DNA of 60,782 bases, counting the filler, from Platydemus manokwari (Eukaryota): assembly GCA_037951405.1 (NCBI GenBank). It is 5 parts of 5 records of this genome, joined end to end, with 100 filler letters (N's around TTAATTAATTAA, not from the genome) between each part and the next. Parts side by side here need not be neighbours in the genome. Positions count along the whole stretch, not along the records: positions 26,087 to 38,288 come from JBBMOY010258893.1; positions 38,389 to 50,981 come from JBBMOY010066679.1; 3 more parts are not named here. The stretch is one strand, 5' to 3'. A program made the position numbers and the translations under genes. Shown here in pieces: positions 27,261-40,879 of the stretch. The notes below the pieces were generated by a model. That model had not been told where the DNA came from. It saw only the letters and a program-made list of their open reading frames with translations, and did not search any database. Positions within the stretch are counted from its first letter, which is position 1; each line of letters begins with the position of its first letter.

Positions 27261-29158
27261 CTTACATTTCAATATTAAAGACGTGAATATTCATTTAATA
27301 CAATATAATACGATATTAAAACATGATATCGAAGATTCACGCGACGGAACCAGTTATGAAAAGTTTTCTTTAAAGTAAAGTTAAGCAGATTATTTTGATT
27401 ATTGAGAATGATTTTGTGGATGGTTTTTGATTACTGAACTAAGAGGATGATTTAGAGGTTAATTTCTAAGATATTAAGATAATGTATGAAGACTTTTTCA
27501 TAAGGCTTAAGAAGTAGGTTTGGTTGATCGTTCAACACCAATAGTATACTAACGGCAGCTTTGATATATTTCTTTATACCGTCGAATTTCCTGTAAAGAA
27601 TTTTTCATTTCTAGAAAAACTTATTAATTTCTAGCCAACTTTAAGGATATATAACCAATTATCATTTTTAAACCATTTTTCCCTTATTGATAATATGATT
27701 TTTTATTGCTTTGTAGTTGGTTTTTTTAGTCTTTTAGTTTTTATAGTTTTTAAAAATAAAATTCGTCTCTATATTTGTCATCAATTCTATCTCTATCAAA
27801 TTTTTATTTATCTAAAAGCGGTCAACTAATTGATATCTAACATCAATTCTATTGTTTATTATTATTAATATATCAACACGCTTCTACAATTATGAAAGTT
27901 TATTCCGAGATCACTTTACAAAGGTCGGGTTATTTAAGGCTAATGAATAATAATTATTACATATATGATAATATTATTAATAATAATTATATTAATAATT
28001 AAATAATATTAAATTTGTGATAATAATAAATTAAAATTAATGAAATAAAATGGTGATGAATCTGATAACAATCAATACGGCATCTGAGATTTATCTGTAA
28101 CCAGTAGAAATTTTATCACAAGTTAGAATTTGCTGAATTTGATGTGTTAATTTATCTTTATGTACTTTTGTCAACTGTAATTGTAAACATATTTGTTTAT
28201 TTATTGTTTAAGGCTCACCATTCGGTCAAACCGACATTGCCTGTCCTCACACAGGTACATCTCCTGCCAGGCATTTGACGATGGAATTTTTCGAAATGTG
28301 TACAGAATTAATCACTGCTTTAGCCCGATGATGCGCGCCTATTAAATGAACCTGTGAAAATTTTCAACAATCAAATCCAATAACAAATTGAATATAAGTG
28401 CTTCTTTGATATATTTTCATGAAACAATAACACATCTATAAATATAAGATAGCTCCCAGACTCAGAAAATTAAATCATATTTGTAATAATATGTTGATAC
28501 TAATTTTTATCTACATCGATTTATCCAGTAAAATTATTCAATTATGTTGTTTATTAAATGATATTTAATGCATCGTTGGATTTTGTTTTATTTATTGACA
28601 ATCAATAATTTTCATTTTTGGAATTATTGAATTAACCACTTGCTCCCCTTGTCGTCATAAATGTTAAAAATTCGATAAATGATAAACTGCTAAAAGGGTT
28701 ATTCGTCACAATTTTCACTTATCAAATGAATGTTGCGACAAAGTAGTTATGATTGGTCTTCAAAATTAATTTTTCATTAATTTTCGAATCAAATCGTTGT
28801 ATTTTTAGATAATATTGTGAAGATGTTTTAGTTGTTTGTTATTGGTTGTAAAATATTGTTCAAGTATTCGTTAAACTAGTTGTCGCGATGAATTTGAATT
28901 ATTGGTTTGTTGATCAAATTATTGGTTAGATTTAATTGGTTGCTTATTGATCTATAGGTGATCAATACCGATTGAGTTATCGAGCATTCTCATTTGGTAG
29001 TGAATCAATTATTAACTTTGGGCTCAATTTTCTGCATGGTAGTTGGGCTGATCATGAATGAAAATAGGTTAAGAAAATTCTTAAGTTGGCCATTTGATTA
29101 AATCAATTATACCGATAATTTAATAATTTTAAATTAGATCATGGATAGAAATAGTTAA

Positions 29159-29419
29159 CACATTGACGGACAGTAGGAACAGATGAAGTTCGAAATTTAA
29201 CAATTAAGCTGCAAGTCGTGTATGGAAAACAAAAGTCAACCGAAAGAATCGTTTCCAAAACATGACACTAGTCTTCTATTTGTACTCCAGTAAATGCACA
29301 TTTGTGCCGCTATAGCCGCATTGTTCAAAAAAGACCGTTTCGTTTTAGACGGTTATTGCCGTTCTGCCACATTGTGAAGTTCTCTTTGACGGTTATAGAC
29401 GCAAGTGTCCGTCAACGTG
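29159..29419. mobile_element. piggyBac-type MITE
   Basis: 14-bp TIR CACATTGACGGACA / TGTCCGTCAACGTG (1 mismatch), flanked by TTAA (left) and TTCA (right). Confidence 0.75.
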
Positions 29420-31628
29420 TTCATTAAAAAATTAAATCCATTTTAAAGATGATTAAAATAATTTCAATCCTATATACTTAATTCATAAATATATAAAAAT
29501 TAACAGAACGTTATTTACATTTACATTACAAATATTGATTATTTAATAGTTAGACACTTAACGGAAAATTAGTGGTGTTAATGATACTTGGTTTTTGTTT
29601 TACTTGTATATTGGGTCTAGAGGACTTTTATTAAGGCGTATGGAGTGTTGGTAAAATACTGAGGGGCGGAAATCGTCGACGAGGACAATTGGAATGGAAT
29701 AGTACACAAGGAAACAGACCCGAAAGAGCAGGACCAAAGTGAAATTCAAGAGATCAAGTTGGAACCAACAATTTGTGAGGAAGTAATAAGCACGCCAAAA
29801 TGGTGGGAGCTCGTCAAAAGAGTAGGGATCGATGAGGAGTATTACAATGAATGTGTGTAAAAACCAATACTCGATTTACATGTCTTTTTTCTTTTATAAA
29901 TGCATATCGGAAGTCCTTTCATTACTTATCAATGTGTATATAAGTCCAATAATAATTTTTGGAGAATATCATAAAAATTTTAGCAAGTGGACTAATTCTA
30001 TAAATCCAAAATATTACCATGGCAATTAATTATAGAATTTGGAAAATTAATTCCACGAAATTTATGAAAATTTACAGAAATTATAAAAATTAATAAAATA
30101 AAATTCTTGATATGATGAAACGGAAAATAAAACTAATTTTTAAATCAAAATGGAAAAATAAATGTTTTAAATTACTCTTCTAGAATTTCGACACCTAAGA
30201 TAGTATAAATATCCCATAAAAGTTGAAAATTTCGATCATAAATTTGTGATGCAAATCTATGTATAGAATTCAACATCTGTGTTTTTATACAGGATATCTG
30301 AAAATCTCAAACCATTTTCAGAAAAAGAATCTTCGAATGTTGTGAAGTCTATGTTTATAATGAAATATAAAATTTGCCTCTCCCAACCTTAAATTGCGTG
30401 TGCTGAAATAATTTTGCAGATTTGAATAATTAATTTGGTTTGGTTTGTTTGATTATTTGTTTATTTAAATGCAAAATCATTTAGTTTACAATGGAAATTT
30501 TGATAAACATGTTTGTAATTGTTGTTTTGATTTCAATAGAGAATTATTGAATGTGCATTTTATCTTTTTAATTGATTTGAAATTTGATTGATTTTCGTGA
30601 GGGTTAATTTGAATTTAAATAATTGTCAATAGCTGCTATTTTAATTAGTGCATACATTTTTCATCTCTAACAATAATTATTTTACTATTATTTTTTAAAT
30701 TATTTTTAATTTTCGTGTACTAAATTTTATATTGCTTTTATTTTTCGTCACCTTTTTAATTTTCCAATTTTACACAACTTTTAGCTAGAAGGCTTGGGTC
30801 ATTATAAAATAAATAACTAGCACATAAAAACCAGGATTACTTAAAATAAAAAATAAATAACTTATTTGAAAATCAGTTAAATATCACAATTAATCGAAAT
30901 TAGGTTAGAAATTAGTTAAGAATAGTGATATTTGATTGAGCTACTTTGGATTGAAATAATTGGAATGATCGGATTTTGAAATCGGAATTGTAATATGTTA
31001 TATGTGATGTATTTTTTGGTGGATTGTCAACTGTCAGTATAAATAAGATAATAAAAATCACGAGAGCGCACTTGCATTAAAACTAAAAGCTCGCAATAAA
31101 CAAAAGCAAAAAAAACAAAAAGAACACAAATTGATTCGCTCTCAATTGATAAGCAGACACGGAATTAGATATGTATAATTACAATATCGCAATAATTGAT
31201 TAACGAATAAATTTATTATTGTTATCACTGTGGTAATGTCCACAAAGTGATTAATCAATACTTCGAATCTTTCTAAAATATTTTGTTCCAATGACCTTGT
31301 ATTTTATTAGATTTGTATTTCACTTGACTTCATTAGAAATAATAACATTTAAAGAAGAACAAAATGAACATGACCAATGTCCAAAGCATAGTGCAAGATT
31401 TTTTATTAATATAACGAGAGAAATGTCAGATTCTTAAAAGTAAGAGGATACGCGTTTTTCAAATAGTGCTGTCAGATTTCAAACGATAATTTATCACAGA
31501 AAGTTGAATGGTCTTCCGTTTTGACATTGTTAATTTAACAAAAACGTTCATATAACAATTTTTTTTAGTTATCTACATAATGGGTTTAGTTTTCCTTCAC
31601 CAATCGGCTGTTATTATTGCTCTCGGCT

Positions 31629-32354
31629 TGTCAGCCTCAACGTACTGTAGAGAACCAAAATATAAATAAATATAAAAATGTAGTTGTCCACGTACTCACA
31701 CGTCACCGAAAAATACAATAATAATAAAAATTATAATAAAATTCATGATTCATCAACTTGGTGAATTAATACGTCACCATAGTAACAATAATGGTAATAA
31801 TATTTAAAATACACATCACCATGGTGAGTTGCTACAAAATTGTTCTTCATTGATTCGCCGAAATTGTGATTCGCTACGGGAATTATTCATCCGATTCAAC
31901 GAAAAAACTGTTCATCAGATTCAACGTCTCGTGCTTCGAATCAATCGTTAAAACTCTCAACTATATTCGTTATTTGGATTCAACGTATCGTTCTACAGGC
32001 GTTTCGGATACATTCAAATCCTCAATAAATTTGATCACTCGCATCATCGGATAAGCTTGTTACTCAATCCTGAAATGCAATCGGTAATTATTTCAATCAA
32101 TTATATGAGTATCGTACAAAGTCGTAAGAATTTGTACTGATATTCATTCATAAAATTATATAGCTATACAAAGGCGAAAGCATTCAGTGCGCTGTAAAGC
32201 CACAAGGATTTGCAGACGCCACCTTAATTAATAAGCTAAAATCACATCTTCTTTAGTTTATCGTCCGAAGTAAGGCGGTAATTAGTTCCTTACGTCTATT
32301 TGTTTTAAACTCTTCAGGATACAACACTGCTCTGTGTCAAATTGTTGCATGACA
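31629..32354 (+). mobile_element. Probable 5' LTR (TGTCA...TGACA) of the gag-bearing element
   Basis: Inverted TGTCA/TGACA ends; 31650-31830 homologous to rc of 7490-7700, including CCACGTACT..TCACCGAAAAA and TCACCATGGTGA. Confidence 0.55.
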
Positions 32355-32798
32355 CATTTGTTAATTTTTATTATAATAAACGTAGTATTAAGATTTTGTT
32401 ATCATTCATATCATTATTATATTTAACAGTACTTGAATAATTACACGCAACGTATTTATTGATTAAAGTCGGATTATTGGTGGAATCATCCGCTTCTAAT
32501 CATTACTTAATAGTGCACAGATAATTCATCGAGTTCTGTTAGTTGAATTATCTCTTAGAATCACTCACTAGATACTACTTAGCACAGGCTAGTAGGATTT
32601 CATCAAATTTGATGAGCCCGACGTGATCATAATCATTCGGGTTAGAACATAGAGCTTGCTGAAGCTATCATCAATTAGGTATCACAAGGCTTTTTAAGCT
32701 TTACACATTAATTAATTGCCTTAGGGCTACAATATAACTATCACAATATAACTATAATCACTAATAACTATAACAATATAACTATCACTCATTCTCAA

Positions 32799-33920
32799 AT
32801 GACGGTAAAGATAAGGATTCCGAACAAAACTTCACTCCAGATAATTCATCTACTAGGCACAAACGTTATCCTCGGAAAAAGAGACCAGTCATGATTAGTT
32901 ACACAGAAAGAATAAACCAATGCGACCATAACGCAAGGCAATCATCGGATACCAGATGGAGGCCAGCACTTCAAGAACAGTCCTATTATCTCCATCCCAA
33001 TCAAATCATACAAGGGGGAGCCAGGGCTCTTCCAACAATTCATGGCTGATTATTACCAGTTATCTGACGCAAACGAAGTCAGCCCAAATATTATGATCAA
33101 GCGGTTACCGATATACTTATCAGGCATGGCTCGCAAAAAATCGTCACGCTGAAACCTTAGGCCACCTGGACCGAATTCAGGCAAGCACTGGCCAAACAAA
33201 TCTTACCAGCGGACACAGGACACCTGTTCCGACAACGATTTAACAGGCGCAAGCAAAACACGGACGAGCATGTCAGCGAATTTGCTCATCAATTACTTCT
33301 CCTCGCTGAACGGGCGTTCGGAGAACGATCACGATGGCCCACGGATACAAAATTAAATGTAAAGGATCACTTATGGGAAGGATTCCTTCCCCACATCAGA
33401 GATGCACTCAGTTTACACATGGGCGACGATTTCGATGATCTCTTCCAAAAATCCAGATTGGTTGAAATGAGTTTAGGAGATGGGGAACTCATGTGCTCAT
33501 CATATGAAAAACTACGAGCCACGGGCACTCAACATAAGGATAATTAACCAGAGAAAAATAAACCGGCTGATCCAAAAAAGGGATCCAGTCAGAACAGGAT
33601 GTGCCAAATCTGCCAGAGACAAAATCACGGAACTCGGGATTGCAGAGCAACTACAAACGTTAATGACGAGAAATTAAAGTGCCAAAAATGTGGGTTGGAC
33701 AATCACATAACAAGTGACTGCACCAGCACAGGGCTGAAGTGCGAACATTGCGGTAGAACCGGACACGCCTAATCCATATGCAGAACAAAGAATAACCCAC
33801 CGAAGAGGGACGAGGTTAACCAACAAGGAAAAATTAAATGCTATCGATGTAACTAGTTCGGACACGTGAGCCGAAGCTGCCCACAAAAAGAATCAGAAAA
33901 GTCGACTTCAGTTTTAGTAG
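32799..33920 (+). pseudogene. gag: Ty3/gypsy-type gag (capsid plus 4-5 CCHC zinc knuckles), frameshifted
   Basis: IKRLPIYLSGMA, WTEFRQAL, RRKQNTDEHVSEFAHQL (capsid Q..E...F motif); knuckles CQICQRQNHGTRDC, CQKCGLDNHITSDC, CEHCGRTGHA*SIC, CYRCN*FGHVSRSC. Confidence 0.85.
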
Positions 33921-34075
33921 CACGGAAAACACTCCTCAACCGAACTTAAATCGGTTACAGCAACTTGAATTAGAATTTTTAGAGGAAGAAAGTCGAGTCT
34001 ATAGACTCCCGTAAAGGGGAGGCCCTCGGCATAAACCCGAAACCGAAAAAGCAGAAAGACACACGTAAATACATC

Positions 34076-36120
34076 ATGGACAAGAAAACGAACAGAGCCG
34101 AGAAACAAAGGGAAAAGAAAACACAGTTTTCCAAGGCATCCTCACCAACTGATATACTTTCAACGACATACTCCGAGTATGACCACCCATTCGCACCCAC
34201 ATTCGAAGACGCATTAGCATCTACATTTGAAGACGAAGAACTCGAAGACCTGTCCTGGGAAGATCACGACGTGTTACAGGACGTAATCGAGAAACTATTC
34301 ACATGCCAGACGGAAACAGCCTCAGTTACGTCAACGGGAGTAAGGCATTATACTCACGTAGAAAATAGAACAAGCTCATATACGCCAGCTGGATTAGACC
34401 AGTACATTTATCAACATAATAAAAAAAGAAGTTGATCCGCATCGGGCAGACCCACGCAGAGACGGGGAGCCAACTGCACCAGACGACACACCAATAGAAA
34501 AAGAAACCACAATGGGAATCGATCCTGAACCGGATGAGGCATATAGTAAAGAAACAACGGCCGGGCCATACATTAAAACAAATCACGCTGAAATAAATCC
34601 ACAAAACCCTACTAATGAGGAAAAAGAGGGAACAGTCGGAATCGAACTTGAATACAATGAACCACAGGGCAACGACTGGCTACTGTAGCCAAACAGAGAG
34701 TCCGCAGAGTAAATGGGTATCCCTAACATAGAATTAATAGCTATGATTAATGAGGAAAACGACACCGTAGGGGACACAAGTCAAACAGAAAGGGAAGCTG
34801 TATACGCTATTGACACAGAAAATTGTAGAGTCATACCAGAACTAACACAAGCCGAGAGAAATGAATTGGAAGCACTACTGGCCACTCTTATCGAAAAATT
34901 TAATAAGACACCCATAGAAGCCGAAAAAGTAAAGGATATATTATCAAGACACGTTTACGACAACGTACCTGAAGAATTGCTAAGGATTATTGCCCCAATC
35001 TTGGTAAAACAGCTCACAACTCTCACTATTTATAGAATCGAATTACAACTATTGCTACAACGAAACGGATTAATATTACGCAATGGGGCACAGCGCAAGA
35101 AGTCGATGTGTTACTGTAAAGCGAACACCAAGGAAAAATTAGCAAACAGGTGACGACATTTATGAAAACGAATAAGATACGTAAATAATCAAAAAAGAGT
35201 TCTACATTAAGGAACCATTCGTACTCACCGTGTGGGATTACCCCATTGACGACGATGAGTATCTTACCGATGTCGGATACTTACCGGACTTTGTAACGGT
35301 CATCAAAATAATCGAAATACCAGCATATGCAAATCAGGGACAGCGAAGTAGTCTTACGTTACGGGAGCCACCAGTCACAGCACGGCAAGCCAATGCTGGG
35401 GAATTTCCCGTTGATTTAGACGAAGAGCCACCGAATGAGGCCCAATTGAACACACCCGATGTTACAATCGAGAACATCGTTGAGGATGACCTCGACCTAT
35501 TGCTCAGAATAGATCCGGATAATGACCTATTCGCAGAGCCAGTCAATGCTCAAGTACAGACTAGCGCCATGCAGGAGATGCCCGGAGAAATGCCACCATC
35601 ACCGGTGGAGGATCGTCAACCAAAGAAAAAGAGGGGCCGACCACCCAAGAATCCATTGGTAAACCCAGTGGTAAACGCGGCACAGCCCATTAGCACCAGT
35701 AATCAAGCAAACATAGTAATTAACACGAGGGCAGCAAATCTAATTAGGGAACCTCAAACGAGTTTTAGACAAAACGAGGCAAGCGGAACGAGACAACCCA
35801 CCGCACATCGGAATCAGCAATCATCCCAAGTACAGTTATTAAAACATTTAGCAAGACAAATCGAGAACACACCTCCACCCGAAATTCGCAAATATCTGCT
35901 CACCTTGGCTAAGGGAGTGGAACCACGGAACATTCGGTTACCAGAAGACGACCTGACAGGATATGAAACAATAGTAGAAGAAATAAAAGAGTATTCGAGA
36001 CGCATACGCCGCATCTTGTGTAACATGGATATAGAAGATCCTCACAAATCAATCCAAGAGTTACTTTGCAGACGGAAATACAGAAACACGAGCCAGATTA
36101 GTCCTGACCTGTCTAGTTAA
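34076..36120 (+). pseudogene. Fragmented unknown retroelement ORF downstream of gag, with AT-hook/NLS motif
   Basis: ORFs 34076-34435, 34713-35153, 35230-36120 (296 aa) with PKKKRGRPPK; no protease, RT or integrase motifs seen. Confidence 0.55.
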
Positions 36121-36559
36121 TAGAAGATCAACAGCAGCACAATTTTAAATAGAAGTCAATAGCATGACCAGATTAGCCGATAAAAACTCGTTCTGGTTAT
36201 TTATTTAATAGTTAATACAACAAAGAAACATAAAATTGAATAACTTTTTAAAGTTATTATTAAAAAACCGATTTTCAAAATATAATTAAACCCAAAAATA
36301 AACTCGTATTTTAAATCCAGTAACAAAAAATATAATTAAAAAAATTTGCATTTCAACCGAAATTTAACCCCAATAAATTCAACCCCTTTAAAATCAATAG
36401 CCTTGCCCGAAACCGATAGTAACCACTAGTCATGTGTGTCCAATTTGCAAAGCGTCAATTATTCGAATTTGTTGCCGAAGAAATCCAAGCCAATTTCCCT
36501 AGTATCAATAACAGGCCCAGTTCATCTGGAATATCAATTTTGTATTTATAATTGTTCTG

Positions 36560-37700
36560 ATTGATGGGATACAGAAAACCCAGAACGTGATAGTAAGATA
36601 CGATTCTTGTAAAATTATCATCAATTTATATTTGAATCGCATATTCTCCCAATTTATCGGGTTAATCCCAAACATCTTGAATTATCAGTTCTACTCATTT
36701 TGGAAGCATTGTTGTCCAGGATTGTAAATTGTTCTGTCCATTTCAGTGTATACAAATATTTGGCGAGTGCCCTAAGTATCATTTCATTGTTTGTAAAGAA
36801 TCATTGCATTGTCATTTCATCACCTTTTTAGAAGGGTGTAAAGAGACAAATAGTAATAATAATAATACTAAATTGAGACTGATAAACAATAATGCAATAT
36901 CATTGAGCCGTTCATCCCGTCTTCATACGAAGATTGATACGATCAAGGCGAAGGAAGATAATACAATAATAGGTTTGGTTGATACCCGGGGTTATAAGAA
37001 CTCCGTGAGACTGATAGACTCTGATATTCCCCAAATAAGTTTAAACATCATTGAAAAAGCATTGACAAAAAGAGACTGACACCAAAATCGAACATGATTA
37101 TTATTTGTGAGGAGCTAGCAATTATGATCTACTTCATAAATATTTTATACAAAGACTTCTTATAACTCTCCAACAGCTTTTAATTTTATAATCATTATAT
37201 ATAAAGGAAATCCTTTATATGAATAATTGCCGAATGCAGATAATAATTTTAAACGATCAGATCAAATTATTATTTTTCTTTTCCATCAATGGTGACCGAT
37301 TAAAGTTAGCGAAATTTAATCAAACAAAATGAAGTGAAAGCTACCTACCTGATCAATCAAGACAATTAATACAGAAAAATATATTGAGCAATTGAATAAG
37401 ATGCACAATGTGAATACAATTAAAATATAAATTTCGAATAGATCCAATTGTTTTATAGTTCCATTTCGAAAGAAGATAAGCTTTCAGTTTCAATTATCCA
37501 TCGTCACTTATTTTAACCGAAACTCACAAGTGTCGAATTATATATAAACATGGAATGAATTTCAGGCAGTAAATTTGTATTGAAATACTAACTCATTGCT
37601 TGTAATGTTTCTTCCAAATCGAATAATATATCACGGCTAGGCAGTTAGCAATGTTGATGTATAATGCTTAACTGAAATCCTTGCTATTGGTTTCTTGTAG
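36560..37700 (-). pseudogene. Possible strongly decayed innexin-like remnants
   Basis: DERLNDIALLFISL..TMK*YLGHSPNIC..SW (N-terminal-like, ~36900-36710) and KTIGSIRNFIF..C (EL2-like, ~37440); many stops. Confidence 0.3.
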
Positions 37701-38388
37701 AATGTGGTCAAGTGCTGCTTGACTGTGGTTTTATACCCTTTGCTAAATGAAGATTTTGATTTACTTAATCTCACTAAATGATTTACTAATTCTTTTGAAT
37801 TTTTGGTTTAATATCTAATCACTTATTTCATCCAGACTTATGTGTGGTATTTTAATTATGCGGATTAATTTTATACTTTCTTACCATTAAATTTATGACA
37901 GTGGAATTATATAATTGCAAGGAATTATTTCTGAAATTATTCGTGATTTAATGAGCAATATTTTGGGTTATAATTTTAAATAATCAATATTCGAGGTTAA
38001 TAAATTTTTAAATCTTTCGAATATATTTTAAAAATAAAATAAAAAGTAAATGAAATTTAAATCGTTTTTAGAAAATAAAAATGCGAATAATTTATTGATC
38101 TTGCAACCAAAATATGAATATTGAAAAGTCATGATAATAATCACGTACAGTTTTTGAGACATTAAATACTTATTATAGTATTTTCATTGCCAATTTCATA
38201 ATAATATGCCTCAAATCGCAAATGAGAAATGTTCACATTTCAAATTCAAATTTGAAATAATAATTGAAAATTTGAAAAAAATTTCATANNNNNNNNNNNN
38301 NNNNNNNNNNNNNNNNNNNNNNNNNNNNNNNNTTAATTAATTAANNNNNNNNNNNNNNNNNNNNNNNNNNNNNNNNNNNNNNNNNNNN

Positions 38389-38786
38389 TTGTAACAAAGG
38401 ATTTGCCAGATCAGTCGCGGTATGTAGAACATGATGCATTGTAGACCAAGTGCAAATGGAACCCACTGATAATATTGCAATTCAGCTTCGTATCTTAATT
38501 TGCTTTCATTGGGTAATTCATTATTCGGTGGAACATAATACGTGTTTTTAATGTAACACCATGATTCTGAATATTTTTCCCAACCTCCACTAAAATGGAT
38601 CGGTATCCAACATTGCAATGGTTCGCCGACAATGTAAGATTTGGTACAAATAACAATTGCTAATATTCCGATAACCAATGGTGTATAGTGATTATTTAGT
38701 CTATCGACGAAATCATTATCACTACAACGTTTGATATGGCTAGTTAGGTTGATCTTTTGTAAGACGCTCAGTAAGCTGCTAGTCAT
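38389..38786 (-). CDS. inx: Innexin, N-terminal part (truncated by gap)
   Basis: DFVDRLNNHYT, GEPLQCWIP, WEKYSESWCYIKNTYYV, YYQWVPFALGLQ signature. Confidence 0.95.
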
Positions 38787-40366
38787 ATTGTTATTACAAG
38801 TTGATTAGAATGCGATTATCACAAGTTTGATTTATCAAAAATTATTATGTTCTCATAATACATATACATTCAATCGATTACCATTGAAGTGATCTTTGAT
38901 CGTATTTCAACTCATATTGAGTTTAGACTTCAATTTATCAATTATCGCGGTCAAGTATTTATTCTCTCTTTATCTTTTGATACCATCGATTGGTTTCGGT
39001 TTAAAAACTCAAAAATTAGATTTTTATTTTTACGATTCAATTAAAATTTTATAAATATTATGAAAATCGAAACTATTAATGATATTATTAATATTAAAAA
39101 CAATCATAATAATAATAAAAATAATAAAGTTATTATGTTGAATTTTTGGAAAAAAGAACAAAAATTTCTATGGTCCAGCCTTCAACTCCTATTGAATCAT
39201 TTTTTGAAAGTTGAGTCTGGTTCTGATAGACAATTTTAACAAAATGATTTAGTTCGCTTTCCGTCCTTATATCAATTTTATGACATAATCATATTAATAT
39301 TTCAAAGACAACCTAGTTTAGATCAATATCTTGAAGACTTTTTGCAATTAATTACGGAAGTCTATAAATTACCTCAACTTATACATGGATAATCCATATT
39401 AATGATGTAATGCTAATAAATATATAAATTCACTGAATTGTCTCTACTTCATTTTGAAATAATAAATTGAGCATTTAAAAAAGAATTTTGAAGTTTTAAT
39501 TAAAAGATATGTTAATATAGTCATAAAGTTATTTTAGGTTAAAATAACTTTAAAAATTTCATAAAGTATAGGTCAATGCAATGTTGGATAGAGTTCGTTT
39601 TTCTATTTCAATTTTTGCGGCTCCGGATGCGATACTTAAACTAATCTTGTAGCTCCAGTTACTGAATCTAAATTAAAACTTAGAATAAAATTGTTAATGC
39701 GATTATTTATCAAGAAATCAAAAAATTAACTCATTTAAAATTATTTTTAATGTAAAACATTTTTAACGTTTTGATTTGATTTGATTATCTAATATTAATT
39801 TATCTCTAAGCTTTTGCAATTAGCAGGTTGTTTATTCAAAACAATATCATATCATAATGTGACAGCAGAATTTTAAAAATTTCAACGATAGGTCGGTAGC
39901 AAATTTTAAAAATTACTTTCTCTGATTTGACTTCTGATAAGTAGCATAAGACCAGGAGTTAATCAGTCGAAAAGGAGAACTAATTGATAACCACTTTTGA
40001 GAAGGCAGGATAGTTTCTGGAGATTTTTTTGGAAATATTCTAATGCGAATTTAATATTTTAATTTCGAATTAAGTAGCGGAATAGATAATTAAATTGACT
40101 TATCGAAATTAGTGGAATGGAGTATGAACAAGATGTTTAGCAAGTCATTAACAGAGTTTTAAGATCAATTAATATCGAGTTTCAACATTTTAGTAATAAA
40201 TTAGTAAAGTTCAATGATTGTGCTCATAGGTAGTATATGTGCGAATTTTACATTCTTCAGACAGTGTGGTTAATAATAGCGTGGTGTTAATAGCAATAAA
40301 GTAATTGACCTGTAATCAAGATAAGAATCATAAAATATTTAGAAAGTAAAATATAATATTTATTGA

Positions 40367-40879
40367 TATAATTTTACGAGCGTGTATAAAGACATATCAT
40401 TTTTGCAAAAAAATTCAGTCTAAAATTCAGGGGGTCTAAATGGGTGTAGTCAGCAACTTGGCTTACTGGATCAACCATTAATGCGTGTAATTAACTAGTT
40501 TTCTGCCGTAATTCAGCTGCTTTATGATATTTCAGTTAACAAATCTGTGAGCAATTTTTTGATTCTGTAAAAAGGCTGAAAGGCGAAATTCCTATACTGC
40601 AAGATACAAACTAAAAGTGGTTGAATTTGCCAAAATTGGCTCTGAGGATTGAGCTATTTTTGCCCAAAGTGATTCCTCGGGCACAGATGATGAGGAAATG
40701 AAAGAATTAACTATAAAACTGTTTAATCAACATGTGGAAATAGAAGATATGTTTGAGAGTGAAGAAGAATTTCATGGTTTCCATGACAAATACAGTAATT
40801 TAGGTTTTTCTAAAATTTTGGATCTAAAAATGAAGGAGTTCTTAATAGATGTAGAATCTTAATAAACGTAATTTACGGT
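40367..40879 (+). mobile_element. Internally deleted pogo/Tigger-type DNA transposon
   Basis: RRNSYTARYKLKVVEFAK (Brinker-like DBD start) joined to acidic C-terminus ESEEEFHGF; right end ...GTAATTTACGG-TA; degenerate left TIR. Confidence 0.65.

Noticed and set aside
28210-28355. GC-richer block with AG/GT borders on the - strand
   Set aside because: In-frame stops and no recognisable homology
29620-29850. Purine-rich coding-like fragment, perhaps non-LTR derived
   Set aside because: No diagnostic motif
30990-31370. TATA-containing LTR-like block upstream of the gag element (similar block ~45820-46480)
   Set aside because: Could not define termini, PPT/PBS or a second copy
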